Source: Eledone cirrhosa
Taxonomy: Eukaryota
Length of the DNA: 64,000 nt
Reading direction: 5' to 3'
Assembly (NCBI GenBank): GCA_964016885.1
Contig: OZ024747.1
Location: 57,412,001-57,476,000 of the forward strand
Numbering within the stretch: position 1 is the stretch's first letter; each line of letters starts with the position of its first letter. The translations under genes were made by a program, and so were the position numbers. Positions 40,546-54,947 of the stretch are shown piece after piece. The notes under the pieces were generated by a model. That model made no database searches, was not told the origin of the DNA, and saw nothing but the letters and a program-made list of their open reading frames with translations.

Positions 40546-40624
40546 TGAGTATGTTAGTTACATAAATGAAAGTCAATGTAAACCCATCTTTGGTTAACGA
40601 TATTCTTTATATTATATTTTTCAG

Positions 40625-41266
40625 GGTCTTACCAAACATAGTTACCATTCAAACCTAGCAGCATCAGTGAGTTACTCAAGCAGTTATATTCCTACAGATG
40701 AGAAACTCCCAATCAGACAACAACAAATTTACCCCAGCTCTATCTGTCCTCCTGGAGGAGTCAACCCTCATTCTCGACCCCATCCAGTTCGGGCACATGT
40801 CTCACCCGTGCTGTTAGCATATCAACAAGCCCTGTCCAACAAACAGTTTGACATTTCCCAACATCATGTCAAAACTAATACAGGCCACATAATGACCAGG
40901 TCCCCTTATTTTGGTAGAAACGACTCTGTTGTGCCGGCGATTAGCATCGGTGGTGTCAGCACGAATTTCTGCAACAACTGTAGACAGACGTATTGTATCT
41001 GCAACTATAAATCTAAGCTTACTTCAAATGCTTCCCAACAACATCATACAAGGACAATGGTAGCTGCACCAACAATAACAACTGCAAAAGTTGCACCAAC
41101 AGGGGTCACATTTGCACCAGCTGCACAGAAAGTAGTGCCACCAGATTCAGAAGAATCACAAAATGTAATTGTACAAACTGAAATGGAAATTTTGGAACTT
41201 GGAATGCGAGCTCGAGCTATCAAGGCAATGCTGCAAGCAGCTTCTCAATGCCGCCCATATCATTAG
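40625..41266 (+). CDS. Putative terminal coding exon of an unidentified host gene (about 213 aa, low-complexity S/P/Q/T/A, CNNC...CIC motif)
   Basis: Acceptor TTATATTTTTCAG at 40624; long non-repetitive open frame to TAG at 41266; AATAAA at 41290 and 41331. Confidence 0.6.
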   Translation, partial: GLTKHSYHSNLAASVSYSSSYIPTDEKLPIRQQQIYPSSICPPGGVNPHSRPHPVRAHVSPVLLAYQQALSNKQFDISQHHVKTNTGHIMTRSPYFGRNDSVVPAISIGGVSTNFCNNCRQTYCICNYKSKLTSNASQQHHTRTMVAAPTITTAKVAPTGVTFAPAAQKVVPPDSEESQNVIVQTEMEILELGMRARAIKAMLQAASQCRPYH

Positions 41267-41397
41267 ACAAGTGGAATATGTATGTATGTAATAAAGTAGT
41301 ATAGTTAATACAAACCATTGTGAAATATGTAATAAATGACTGTTAAGTTTCAAAAATGTGTCCTCAACTCCAGCAACCTCACTGTTTCTTCAGATCA

Positions 41398-41626
41398 TTA
41401 ACCCTTTAGCATTTAAACCAGCCGTATCCGGCCAGAATTCTCTCACCTCTTTCTGTTCAAACTGACTGTAACTGACTGCTCATACCTACATTAAGGTATT
41501 GTTCTCAAAATAGATAACATCAAAATCTCATAGATTCGATACTATGTGAGATAATTATATAAGATAAAGCCTTTTCTGTGAAAATACAACAGTAAATATA
41601 GAATAATGTAAATGCTAAAGGGTTAA
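41398..41626. mobile_element. Complete piggyBac-like MITE with TTAA target duplication
   Basis: TTAA-CCCTTTAGCATTTA...TAAATGCTAAAGGG-TTAA. Confidence 0.9.
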
Positions 41627-41865
41627 AGTATAGAATGGAAGGCTCTAAACTAAAGATGGGACAATGCAGTAGAAATATATAAAGGGCAAAGGGTGACAAA
41701 TAAAACAAAACAAAGTAATGTATTCCCCAGTATATTTCAACATGATATTTCAGGGCTATTATCCTCTTTTCAAGAAATGGAAAAGGTTCAAAGCAAAAAC
41801 AAGCGATCGATGTATTCTTCTTTAACTGGGCTTTGTGTCAGATAAACACATGTGAGAAGTCATTA

Positions 41866-42056
41866 TACAGTGAAATTCCATTATAACGAAATTCACGAGG
41901 TATAAAATAAAATTGTTGTAACGAAAAATTCTTTATAACGAGATGGTCCGAAACAAATCGAATATTTGTTTATTATTACCTCGGGAGTTAAAATAAATTT
42001 TGTTATACTGAAAAATTTGTTATAATGGTATTCGTTATATCAGAATTTTACCTGTA
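41866..42056. mobile_element. Tc1/mariner-pogo type MITE with TA target duplication
   Basis: TA-CAGTGAAATTCCATTATAACGAA ... TTCGTTATATCAGAATTTTACCTG-TA imperfect TIRs. Confidence 0.75.
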
Positions 42057-42060
42057 GTAG

Positions 42061-42240
42061 TCAATCTGCTTCATATATTTCCAATCTGTTATTTATCTGT
42101 TTCTTTTTCTTGTTGATGATAATGGCCTCTTTGATTCTTAAATTTCCCACATTCCTTTCCGCCTCTATGGTTACTTCAATGTCTTGCCTGTGGCATCTAT
42201 CAGCTGAGTGGGTTGTAGCAATGTAAAATAAATTGTCCCA
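42061..42240 (-). mobile_element. Penelope-like element ORF C-terminal remnant (end of GIY-YIG domain)
   Basis: DIEVTIEAERNVGNLRIKEAIIINKKKKQINNRLE resembles the 'R.IKEA..I...KP.LN' PLE C-terminus. Confidence 0.6.
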
Positions 42241-42407
42241 GGACAAAACTCGATGCCCAGTCCGGTAATCGAATTCACCACATTACGATCTTGACCTATA
42301 CATATTAACCACTAAACCACAGGCCTTCACAACATGATGTACACAGACAAACATATATATCATCATCATCATTTTTACATCCATTTTTCCATGCTTGCAT
42401 GGGTTGA

Positions 42408-42455
<48 letters not shown>

Positions 42456-42457
<2 letters not shown>

Positions 42458-42973
42458 GGGATAACAAATTATTGTTATAGGTAGTCCACTTAGATGTAGT
42501 CCAGTTAGGGTATTCCGAGTAGTGGATAATATCAACGCTTGGCTAAGTTTGACTCAACAAGGCGTTTCCATAGTGATGCTGCGAGTACGCAGTGATTTCT
42601 ATGTAGTTTACACTTGGAGTAATGATAAATCAAGAAAGAAGAGTGACACGGTTTGCTATACAATAAGGGCTTTATTCACATTGCTGACAATTGTTTCTCT
42701 GAACTGGTAGGTCTAGAGATCACTACCCGCCTGTTTCTGCGTCAATCGATCACCAATACTTTGTTATAACCAGTCAATTCATCAGAGCTTGCGAGAATCA
42801 TTCTCGCAAGCTCTGATGAATTGACTGGTTATAACAAAGTATTGGTGATCGATTGACGCAGAAACAGGCGGGTAGCGATCTCTAGACCTACCAGTTCAGA
42901 GAAACAATTGTCAGCAATGTGAATAAAGCCCTTATTGTATAGCAAACCGTGTCACTCTTCTTTCTTGATTTAT
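42456..42973. mobile_element. 349-bp near-perfect palindrome with hammerhead-like motif plus a one-sided tail of about 170 bp, between (TA)n runs
   Basis: 42625-42973 is symmetric about C42799. + strand GCT-CTGATGA(42813)...GAAA(42901)-CAATTG-TC-AGC...AATAAA. Confidence 0.8.
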
Positions 42974-44159
42974 ATATATATATATATATGTATTTATAAC
43001 TAGAAGCAACCAAATCATTGAATTATATTCGATGAACCATTACAAAGAACACAATAGCAACTATTGAAGACTAAACAATATTTTGAATGGAATTATGGGG
43101 AATCATTAGAAATATTACTTTTTAAGAAAATATAAGTGAAAAACTCCTTGATAACAACAACAACAACAACAGCAAAAAGCCTAGCAGACATTTCCTTTCT
43201 GAAAGGATATATAAATCATATAAAATAAATATTAACTATATATTGATGGTTCGTTAATGGGATAAGTTGGACATAGCTAATTATATTTATTGTTTGTCAT
43301 TCATTGTCATTCATAACATAATTGAAAGTTTCTATTTAGTTCAGTTTGTTAAGAAGTGTTTTGGCGGGGAATTTGCTTTGTTCTTTTTTGTTCATTTTGT
43401 TATATATTTTTTCGATAAGAGTTTATTGGTAATAATGGCTGCTGATATCAGCCCTTTGAAACAGTGGGGAAACAACAGTATTATTAGTATTAGTAGCAGC
43501 AGTAATAGTAGTAGTAGTAGTAAGAGCAGCTGCTGTAGTAGTAGTAGTAATAACAGTAGCCGTTGTAGTAGTTTGTATCTTTTATATTTCAAGATAAAAG
43601 AGTAGAAGTATCTTTACATATATAAAGTTTGTACAAGAGTTTCGGTAAGTTGAAATGCTGTGAGGTGTGAAATGATGCTATCAATGTTGAAGATGCTGAC
43701 AGGTGGTGATCTGATCATCTGATAGAAATGATGGGGAACATAAAGACAGTCAGACAGCTAAAATGTAGCCTCAAACAGTCTCCAGTTTGGTTTGTAGACA
43801 ATCACTGAACCTCAAAAGTGCGATATAATCTAATGTTTGAAACATAAGTTCTCCTGGGAGAGAAAGAATACACACATGCATTATATATATAAAAAAAAAC
43901 CCTGCAAGTCACTTGAAAGATTGAAGCGGTACTTGAATATTCATGATAAACAAGTGGAAATGAGACATTGCTGCAGTATTTGAAGTCAGATCTTCAAATG
44001 CCTTTCAGGGCTCAAAAGTCATTTAAGATCTCACGCTAGGAAAGAGCAATTATAGGTTTAAGAAGAGATCAAGCTCTGCAAGGAGCAGACAACCACATTA
44101 AAATTTAAGCAAAGATTTCTACTTTCACCTATACAGGATCTTATATATATATATATATA

Positions 44160-44485
44160 TCATCATTTCATTTTACGTCCGCTTTTCCCTGCTTGCAAGG
44201 GTGGGACGGGAACTGATTCTGGCTTGATTTCTACAGCTGGATGCCCTTCCTAACGCCAACCTCATTTAGTGCTGGGTGCTTTTTTGCCGTGGCACCTCAA
44301 CGACCACTTTGCAGTGGAATAATAGGGAGCCCAGTCCCTATCATCTCATTTCTACAGCTGAGTAAACTGGAGCAATGTGAAATAAAGTGTCTTGCTCAAG
44401 GAAACAACACATCACCCGGTCTGAGAATTGAACTCACAACCTTTCGATTGCAAGGCCAATGCTCTAACCACTGAGCCATGTGCCA
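44160..44485 (-). mobile_element. tRNA-derived CORE-like SINE
   Basis: Reverse-complement copy of 22281-22610. Confidence 0.9.
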
Positions 44486-44887
44486 TATATATATATATTT
44501 TTTTTTTAATTTATAGGAAAAACAAACACTAGGCATGAAGTATAGAAAAGAAGTGAAGAATTTTATCAAAAGTTCATTCTTTAACATGTTTCAATACAAT
44601 ATAAGTCTACATAGTGCTGGTTGCATATTAATGTTATTATTATGCCCATTCACTAGCAATACATTAAACATTGCATTTCATCAGAAAGATTTCCAAGTAC
44701 GAGGTAAGTTTGTTGCATCTTACAGTAAAAAAATATTTCTACTGCTATCCACTTTGAATAAAAGGAGTTGCCTGTTATTCAGTAGTAGGAATATTTTTCA
44801 AATACAAATCAAGTCCTTGGATGTACGCAGCTGTTCTCTCCCCACAAATATGTGCTATATGATATGTACCATCTTCTAATATGTACT

Positions 44888-45053
44888 CTTGTATGTGCCA
44901 TCCTGCAAAATAGGACCTTGTGTATGTGCCATCCTGCAAAATAGGACCTTGTGTATGTGCCATCCTGCAAAATAGGACCTTGTGTATGTGCCATCCTGCA
45001 AAATAGGACCTTGTGTATGTGCCATCCTGCAAAATAGGACCTTGTGTATGTGC
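44888..45053. repeat. 31-bp minisatellite, about 5 copies
   Basis: Unit CTTGTGTATGTGCCATCCTGCAAAATAGGAC. Confidence 0.95.
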
Positions 45054-45550
45054 CTATGTAGAGAAATGCATCATGCAAGGGTTCATCTTTTCATTCATCA
45101 GAAATACAAGCATGCACAATGATTGAGAAAGGTAAAAAAAACCCACAAAACTGAGATTCAATGAAATGACAATGAGGATATATGTATATATGTATAGTTA
45201 AATAGATACTCACATATCTACAAGTAAAAACGCACACGTGTATATCTCTCACTACATACAAAAATAAGCACACATCCCCAACATATATATATATTTGAAA
45301 AAAGGAAAAGAATGACATTACATATAGTTCTAAAAAATTTAATTTTATAATATTACAATTTTACAATTTTGCTATGTAATACACACATATATATATATAT
45401 AATTTTAGCCTGATAGTGGGGTTTATAACCATCTAAGAGGGTTCTAAACCTCATTATCAGACTAAACTTTCTTTAGTAAAAAAAATACGGCGAAATCTTC
45501 TATTTCTAATATCAAACTTGTTCGATGTTTCAAAAACATACTTCTTTACC

Positions 45551-45591
<41 letters not shown>

Positions 45592-45650
45592 AAAAGTATG
45601 TTTTTGAAACATCGAGTGAGTTTGACATATATATATTTATATATATATAT

Positions 45651-46031
45651 CATCATCATGTTACGTCCACTTTTCCCTGCTTGCAAGTGTGGGACGGGAA
45701 CTGATTCTGGCTTGATTTCTACAGCTGGATGCTCTTCCTAACACCAACCTCATTTACAGTGAATGCTGGGTGCTTTTTGTCCGTGGCGCTTACACGTCCA
45801 CTTTACAGTGTGGGTTGGGTGCTTTTTTTGCTGTGGCACCTCCACGAGCACTTTGCAGTGGAATGATAGGACCCCAGTCCTATCATCTCATTTCTACAGC
45901 TGAGTAAACTGGAGCAATGTGAAATAAAGTGTCTTGCTCAAGGAAACAACACATCACCCGGTCTGAGAATTGAACTCACAACCTTTTGATTGCAAGGCCA
46001 ATGCTGTAACCACTAAGCCATGTGCCTCCAT
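45651..46031 (-). mobile_element. tRNA-derived CORE-like SINE
   Basis: Same family, carrying one extra 48-bp module relative to the 44160 copy. Confidence 0.9.
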
Positions 46032-46040
46032 TATATATAT

Positions 46041-47229
46041 ATCATCATCATCATCATCATCGTTTAACGTCTATCTTCCATGCTAGCGTGGGTTTAGACG
46101 GGAATTGTCCCACGTGGGGAAGATTGGTTGTCTTGCTCGTATAGGACTGTCTGGCAGGTTTTCTACGGCTGGATGCCCTTCGTAACACCGACCACATTTA
46201 CAGTGTGGACTGGGAGGTTTTTACCATGTTACCTACACGGCCACATTACAGCGTGGACTGTGTGTTTTTTTGTCATGATACCTACACGACCTCATTTATT
46301 TAGGACGATGTTGTGGCACCAACATAACTTTATAGAGAAAGGGGTGGTGTAGATGGGTGTGTATTTTTGGTTAGGAGATTCCTACTGACTGTAGCTTTGT
46401 ACTTAGGCAAGGCGGGTCTTCTGTATTACTGCGTAGCGCCAAAAATCTCGGTCCAGTGACATTGTCTTTGAGAGGTGTGTGTAAGGTCGGAATTTATCAA
46501 ATCGTCCCAGGGTTTTCTGGGTTTGCCTACTCCGTAGCTTCCATCTATTTTGATCGCCCTGCACTTTTTTATACAGCTGTCGTCTTTCATGCGCATCACG
46601 TGACCATACCCACATAGTCTTCTCTCGAGTAAACAACATCTGATCCCTCTTATTCCTAATTTCTCACTTAGTTCATTTATGCTTTGCCATTCACGTATAT
46701 TACTATTATACATCCAACGGAGCATGCAAGCTTCGTTCCTCTCCAGTTTGTGCAGATCTCTGCACAATGCCCATGTCTCACTGCCATGTAACATTATTGT
46801 TCGTATGCAGGCATCATACAGTCTGCCTTTCATTTTTAGGGAGAAACCTTTAGCGGCCAATAGTGATATAAGCTCTCTGAACTTTTTCCATCCCGTTCTG
46901 AATCGAGCTACTGTACTTTCAGAGCACCCCCCACCACTGCTGATTTTGTCACCCAGGTAACGGAGGGTGTCCACTAGTTCTATAGAACGATCTGGGCAAT
47001 GGAAGGAGCTATTATCCTGTGGGCACTTGCTACTACGTATTGCAGCTGAGCACCGGCCACATATAAAATCTATGTTCTTAGTGTGTAAACCCACTACATC
47101 TTTTAAGCACCCATACTTTGCATTTGGACATAAAATGGAGTTTCTGCCTACTCCTTTCCTACACACTGAGCATGGCCATTTCCCAGAGGGGACCAGTGCC
47201 CTATTTTCCTTCCTCGCCCCTATTTTCAT
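46041..47229 (-). mobile_element. RTE-clade LINE 3' fragment with long 3'UTR
   Basis: [59 protein letters not shown]; frameshifts; (GAT)n tail. Confidence 0.92.
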
Positions 47230-47869
47230 ATATATATATATTTAATGAGGGCGTGTAGGTGTCACGACAAAAAAAACACACAGTCCACGCTGTAATGTGG
47301 CTGAGTAGGTAACACGGTAAAAACCTCCCAGTCCACACTGTAAACGTGGTTGGTGTTAGACAGTCCTATACGAGCAAGACAACCAATCTTGCCTCAAGTG
47401 GGAAAATTCCCGTCCAAACCCATGCTAGTGTGGAAGATGGTCGTTAAACGATGATGATGATGATGATTTATATACACATACATAACAGCATAAATTATTG
47501 AGACATTGTCAAGCAGACCCTTAAGCTATTCTCGAATATTTTTAACTACACAAAACACTCATAGTAAACTTATTAAATAGAAAATAAAGGTTTGAAAACA
47601 TTTCTTTAAACCTCTCTTTTGTGAGAAATGAAATAAGGATAATTAGTACAACACACATAGGTACAAGAGTGAACTCATGTATATATATATTCACATATAC
47701 ACAGAGAGACACACTGAGATGCATATATACACACACATATATATATGTATATACATTGAAATATACATGTGTATGTGCACGTATTCAGTATATATGAGGT
47801 ATACATGAGCACATTCCTGTCTATTCCATAATTGCTTCTCTTTCTCTCCTTCTCCCATATGTGGGTGTG

Positions 47870-49700
<1,831 letters not shown>

Positions 49701-49869
49701 AAACAAACATATATGCACACTCTCAGAATTGTCTCTTCCATAATTATTCCATTCCGAATGAAGCAGTTCAAGTACCACAACATTGTATCGTCTACTTGGA
49801 GAGAGATATATTCTACTTGAATTAACTGACAAATATTTATTGTATTGGAGCAGACACACACACACACAC

Positions 49870-50295
49870 ACACACATGTGCCCCCATATGAATATTTTAT
49901 ATATATATATTTATATAGTACACATACAATCACATTCACACACACACATGTGCCCCCATATGAATATTTTATATATATATTTATATAGTACACATACAAT
50001 CACATTCACACACACACATGTGCCCCCATATGAATATTTTATATATATATTTATATAGTACACATACAATCACATTCACACACACACATGTGCCCCCATA
50101 TGAATATTTTATATATATATTTATATAGTACACATACAATCACATTCACACACACACATGTGCCCCCATATGAATATTTTATATATATATTTATATAGTA
50201 CACATACAATCACATTCACACACACACATGTGCCCCCATATGAATATTTTATATATATATTTATATAGTACACATACAATCACATTCACATACAC
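49870..50295. repeat. 70-bp minisatellite, about 6 copies
   Basis: TGCCCCCATATG recurs at 49951, 50021, 50091, 50161 and 50231. Confidence 0.95.
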
Positions 50296-50357
50296 ACAAG
50301 CACACACACACACACACATACATATTACATACATACACTCACATGTATATATGTATT

Positions 50358-50603
50358 ATCATCATCATTTTATGTCCGCTTTTCCCTGCTTGCAAGGGTT
50401 GGACAGGTTCTATTCAGCACTGCACCTCTCCATTCATCACTGTACATCGTCATCTCCTCCGTGAGCTTCACTGATCTGAGGGTGAGCTCTAACCACCTCC
50501 GCCCATGATTTTCGTTGTCTTCCTTTACTGCATCTTCCTTCTACTGGGATTTCTCGGTAGTTCTTTACCCAGCGGTCATCCTTCATGCGCATTACATGTC
50601 TAT
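50358..50603 (-). mobile_element. RTE 3' fragment (short-UTR family)
   Basis: Homologous to 13333-13580. Confidence 0.8.
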
Positions 50604-50768
50604 AGCAATGCAGCCAGAGAAACGATTGTTATATGTACAATAAATTCCATTCGTTGCAACACTGATTCTCTTTTTTTTGTGATATCATACTCTGCTCTGT
50701 GAGAGCATTGAGTGCTCAAACAGCCTACTGCATACGGACACTTTAAGCATCCAACACCAATTATATGT

Positions 50769-50809
<41 letters not shown>

Positions 50810-51151
50810 ATGTACACATATATATATATGTATATAATGTACACATATATATATATGTATATAATGTATATATATATATATATATATAATGTATATAATG
50901 TACATATATATATATGTATATAATGTACATATATATATATGTATATAATGTATATATATATATATATGTATATAATGTATATATATATATATATGTATAT
51001 AATGTATATATATATATATATATATAATGTATATAATGTACATATATATATATGTATATAATGTATATATATATATATATGTATATAATGTATATATATA
51101 TATATATATAATGTATATAATGTACATATATATATGTATATAATGTATATA

Positions 51152-51191
<40 letters not shown>

Positions 51192-51192
<1 letters not shown>

Positions 51193-51596
51193 TAAAGTCT
51201 TAAACAATATTCAATGATTATGTCAAAGAATGAGTTTTACAGTAGATTGGAAGCACTCAACGGTAAAAAATAATTTTCTGGAGTTATTAATATTAAAATA
51301 TAAGTATTAATAAAATAGATGTTCTTTTGATCAATTACATTTTATTATACATATTTCGGATGTACAACAGTACGTCCTCATCAGACAAAATATAATGATA
51401 CATGACATACCCTGAGATGTTAAATGGTTAAGATTTAATCAAGGTACCTTGATTAAATCCATTTAACATCTCAGGGTATGTCATGTATCATTATATTTTG
51501 TCTGATGAGGACGTACTGTTGTACATCCGAAATATGTATAATAAAATGTAATTGATCAAAAGAACATCTATTTTATTAATACTTATATTTTAATAT
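51192..51596. mobile_element. Penelope-like palindromic element with hammerhead motifs, between (TA)n runs
   Basis: 51290-51596 is palindromic about AAGGT|ACCTT with a 5-nt indel; one-sided tail 51192-51289. Confidence 0.85.
51496..51546 (+). ncRNA. Minimal hammerhead ribozyme (mirror copy on - strand)
   Basis: TTTTGT-CTGATGA-GGACGTAC(TGTT)GTACATCC-GAAA-TATGTA-TA-ATAAAA. Confidence 0.85.
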
Positions 51597-51614
51597 ATAT
51601 GTATATATATATAT

Positions 51615-51968
51615 CATCATCATCATCATCATCATCATTTTAAATCCGCTTTTCCCTGCTTGCATGGGTGGGACGGGAATTGATTGTGGCTTGATTTCTA
51701 CAGCTGGATGCCCTTCCTAACACCAACCTCATTTACAGTGAGTGCTGGGTTCTCTTTTGCCGTGGTGCCTACATGTCCACTTTACAGTGTGGGCTGGGTG
51801 CTTTTTTGCCGTGGCACCTACACGACCACTTTGCAGTGGAATGATATGGATTCCAGTCCCTATCATCTCATTTCTACAGCTGAGTAAACTGGAGCAATGT
51901 GAAATAAAGTGTCTTGCTCAAGGAAACAACACATCACCCAGTCTGAGAATTGAACTCACAACCTTTTG
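51615..51968 (-). mobile_element. CORE-like SINE, 5' end truncated
   Basis: Same family as 44160. Confidence 0.85.
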
Positions 51969-52104
51969 ATATTATATATATGTGTGTGTGTATTTATATA
52001 TATATGTGTGTATATATATATGTATATATATTTATATATATATGTATATATATTTATATATATATGTATATATATTTATATATGTATGTATATATATTTA
52101 TATA

Positions 52105-52155
<51 letters not shown>

Positions 52156-52454
52156 ATATATATATATATGTAGATATATATGTAAAATATGTTAGGCTTC
52201 TACATAAACTGGAAACATTCTCCAAACTTGTAGAAAACTTATAATGAAACAATTATTTGGAAAGAGAGATATATTTTAACTTTAATTATATCTCATAAAA
52301 TAATACAACTGGCTTTCCACAAAATACATTTAGTTAGCACCCCAAACACTTAAATTGGGTTTATACTAACGTATAACCTAATGTTTGTTGAGTGAGATGG
52401 TTACTAGTCGGAGTTTAGCTTAAAGCTATCTCTGTTATTGTATTAAATATATAT

Positions 52455-53321
52455 ATCATCATCATCATCATCATCATCGTTTAACGTCCGTGTTCCATGC
52501 TTGCATGGGTTTGGACAGAGGGTTTTCCCACTTGAGGCAAGAGTGGTTATCTTGCTCGCATAGGACTATCTGGCGGGTTTTCTACAGCTGGATGCCCTTC
52601 CTAACACCAACCACATTTACAGTGTGGGACTGGGAGGTTTTTACCGTGTTGCCTACACGGCCACATTACAGCGTGAACTGTGTGTTTTTTTGACGTGACA
52701 CCTACACGATCTCATTTGTTTCGGCCTGGATGTTGTGGCACCAACATAACTTTACATTGAAAGGGGCGGTGTGGATGGGGTGGGGGTGGTGGGACGGGGG
52801 TGTATTTTGTTAGAGATGCCTACTGACTGTAGTAGGTTTTACTTTGTATTTAGGTAAGGCGGGTCTTCTCTATTACTGAGTACCGCCAAAGGTCTCGGTC
52901 CAGTGACATTGTCTTGGTGAGGTGTAAGTGTGTGAGGTCGGAATTTATCAGCTCGTCCCAGGTTTTTCTGGGTCTGCCTATTCCGTGGCTACCGTCTATC
53001 TTTATTGCCCTGCACTTTGTTATACAGCTATCGTCCTTCATGCGCATCACGTGACCATACCAACGTAGCCTTCTCTCGAGTAAACAACATCTGATCCCTC
53101 TTATTTCTAATTTTTTCCTTAGTTCGTTTATGCTTTGCCGTTCACGTATATTACTATTACACATCCAGCGGAGCATGCAAGCTTCGTTTCTCTCTAGTCT
53201 GCGTATATCCTCTGCACACAATGCCCAGGTCTCACTGCCATACAACATTGCTGTTCGTATGCAGGCATCGTACAACCTGCCTTTCATTTTTAGGGAGAAC
53301 CCTTTAGCGGCTAATAGTGGT
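52455..53321 (-). mobile_element. RTE-clade LINE 3' fragment with long 3'UTR
   Basis: [20 protein letters not shown]...[12 protein letters not shown]...GRPRKTW...EKTRLT*. Confidence 0.93.
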
Positions 53322-53323
53322 AT

Positions 53324-53357
<34 letters not shown>

Positions 53358-53441
53358 TGTATATATATGTATATATATATGTATATATATGTATATATAT
53401 ATGTATATATATGTATATATATATGTATATATATATATATG

Positions 53442-53483
<42 letters not shown>

Positions 53484-53490
<7 letters not shown>

Positions 53491-54120
53491 AAGAATTAGA
53501 AATAGAAGCCAGGGCTATCCATCATCAGTGGTCTACTAGCCATCATAGGTCTTTCTTCGCATTACAGAACATATACCTCCGGCTAGGGCAATACAATAAC
53601 TAAGTTAAGTTATTGGGATAAAACGAGTTGGGTGGAGAACGAGAGACAGGTAAACAAACATGAATGGTGAGGCAACGTAATGAGAGGAAAAGATGAGAAA
53701 ATCAAGTCAATGATTCATTTTGAACATAATAAGTCAATGATTCAATTTGAACGTCGAATATTGATGAGAAGGCAAAAGTCACATCTTGGCCATGCGAATG
53801 TGAGCGAGGAAAGAATTTTGTACGGTGTGGGACGATGGAGGAAGTAAGAGAGAGGGTGAGTAGCAGAGAGTGAGTGAGTGAAAGTGTGAGGAAGAGGCTG
53901 GCCGAGAGAGGGTGACTAGCAGAGGGGGTGAGTGAAAGTAAGAGGGAGAAGGAGTGATAAAGAGGATAGCAGTAAGGGAAGAGAAAAACACAGGTCACAG
54001 CGAAGGGGAAAGCATATCATGTCTAGTAGACCACTGATGATGGATAGTCCTGGCTTCTATTTCTAATTCTTTATTATATATATCATATTTGCAACAACAC
54101 AGCTCGCCATCTTTCATTCA
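53484..54120. mobile_element. Element with inverted termini of about 55 bp between (TA)n runs (PLE-like)
   Basis: 53484-53539 is inverted relative to 54023-54078; the arms contain CCACTGATGATGGATAG, a partial hammerhead core without GAAA. Confidence 0.6.
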
Positions 54121-54907
54121 TATATATATAAAGTTTCCTCTGTGCTAAGTACTCGATGCTTAACATAATAGAATGTAGAGTTATGATGATGTGGGCATGT
54201 ATTTATATTTAATGTGATGGGCTTTGGGGTTAGAAATTATGGTCAGTATTTTTAATAGCAGTAGTAGGAAGTAAGATTCTGAAATTAATGGACCATAAAT
54301 GTGTGTGTAGATAAGAAATTGAAAGATGTTTTTTTTTATATAGGCTTTTGTTACATAATGAGTGGTTTAAATGAATATGGGCTTGATTGGCTTTTTTGGA
54401 TATTATGAAGGGGAGAGCGAGAGAGACGGATGCAGTGAGTGAAAGACAGAAAGTTTCTATAATGATAGTATCACCAATTGGGAATATTTGTATCTGGTAC
54501 AGTGTTCCTTGCTTGTGTATAAACTACCTGGCTTTGTTATCATTTTCATCACACACATCTGGATGTCTCTGTATGTGTTTTCTCTCTATAAGTGTGTTAT
54601 TTTAGAATTTATGATTAAGTAAACCTGAAAGTTGGAGGAAGGTAGTTGTGGTGGGTAGAGTGTTTTAAATGTGTTTCTCTATTCTATCTGCAGAAGCTGT
54701 GGGGTGGCCAACATGTGGGCCCCCATTTACTTATAAAAGTGAGAGACGGGGAGAGCGAGAGAGGCAGATGCAGTGCTTATAGCAGCATTGCTGAAGTATT
54801 TTGTAGAGTTAAAGTTTAAGTGATTTCGGTACAGATTTATAATCACTTTATCATCATGATGATCATCATCATTTTATGTTCGCTTTTCCCTGCTTGCAAG
54901 GGTGGGA

Positions 54908-54947
<40 letters not shown>

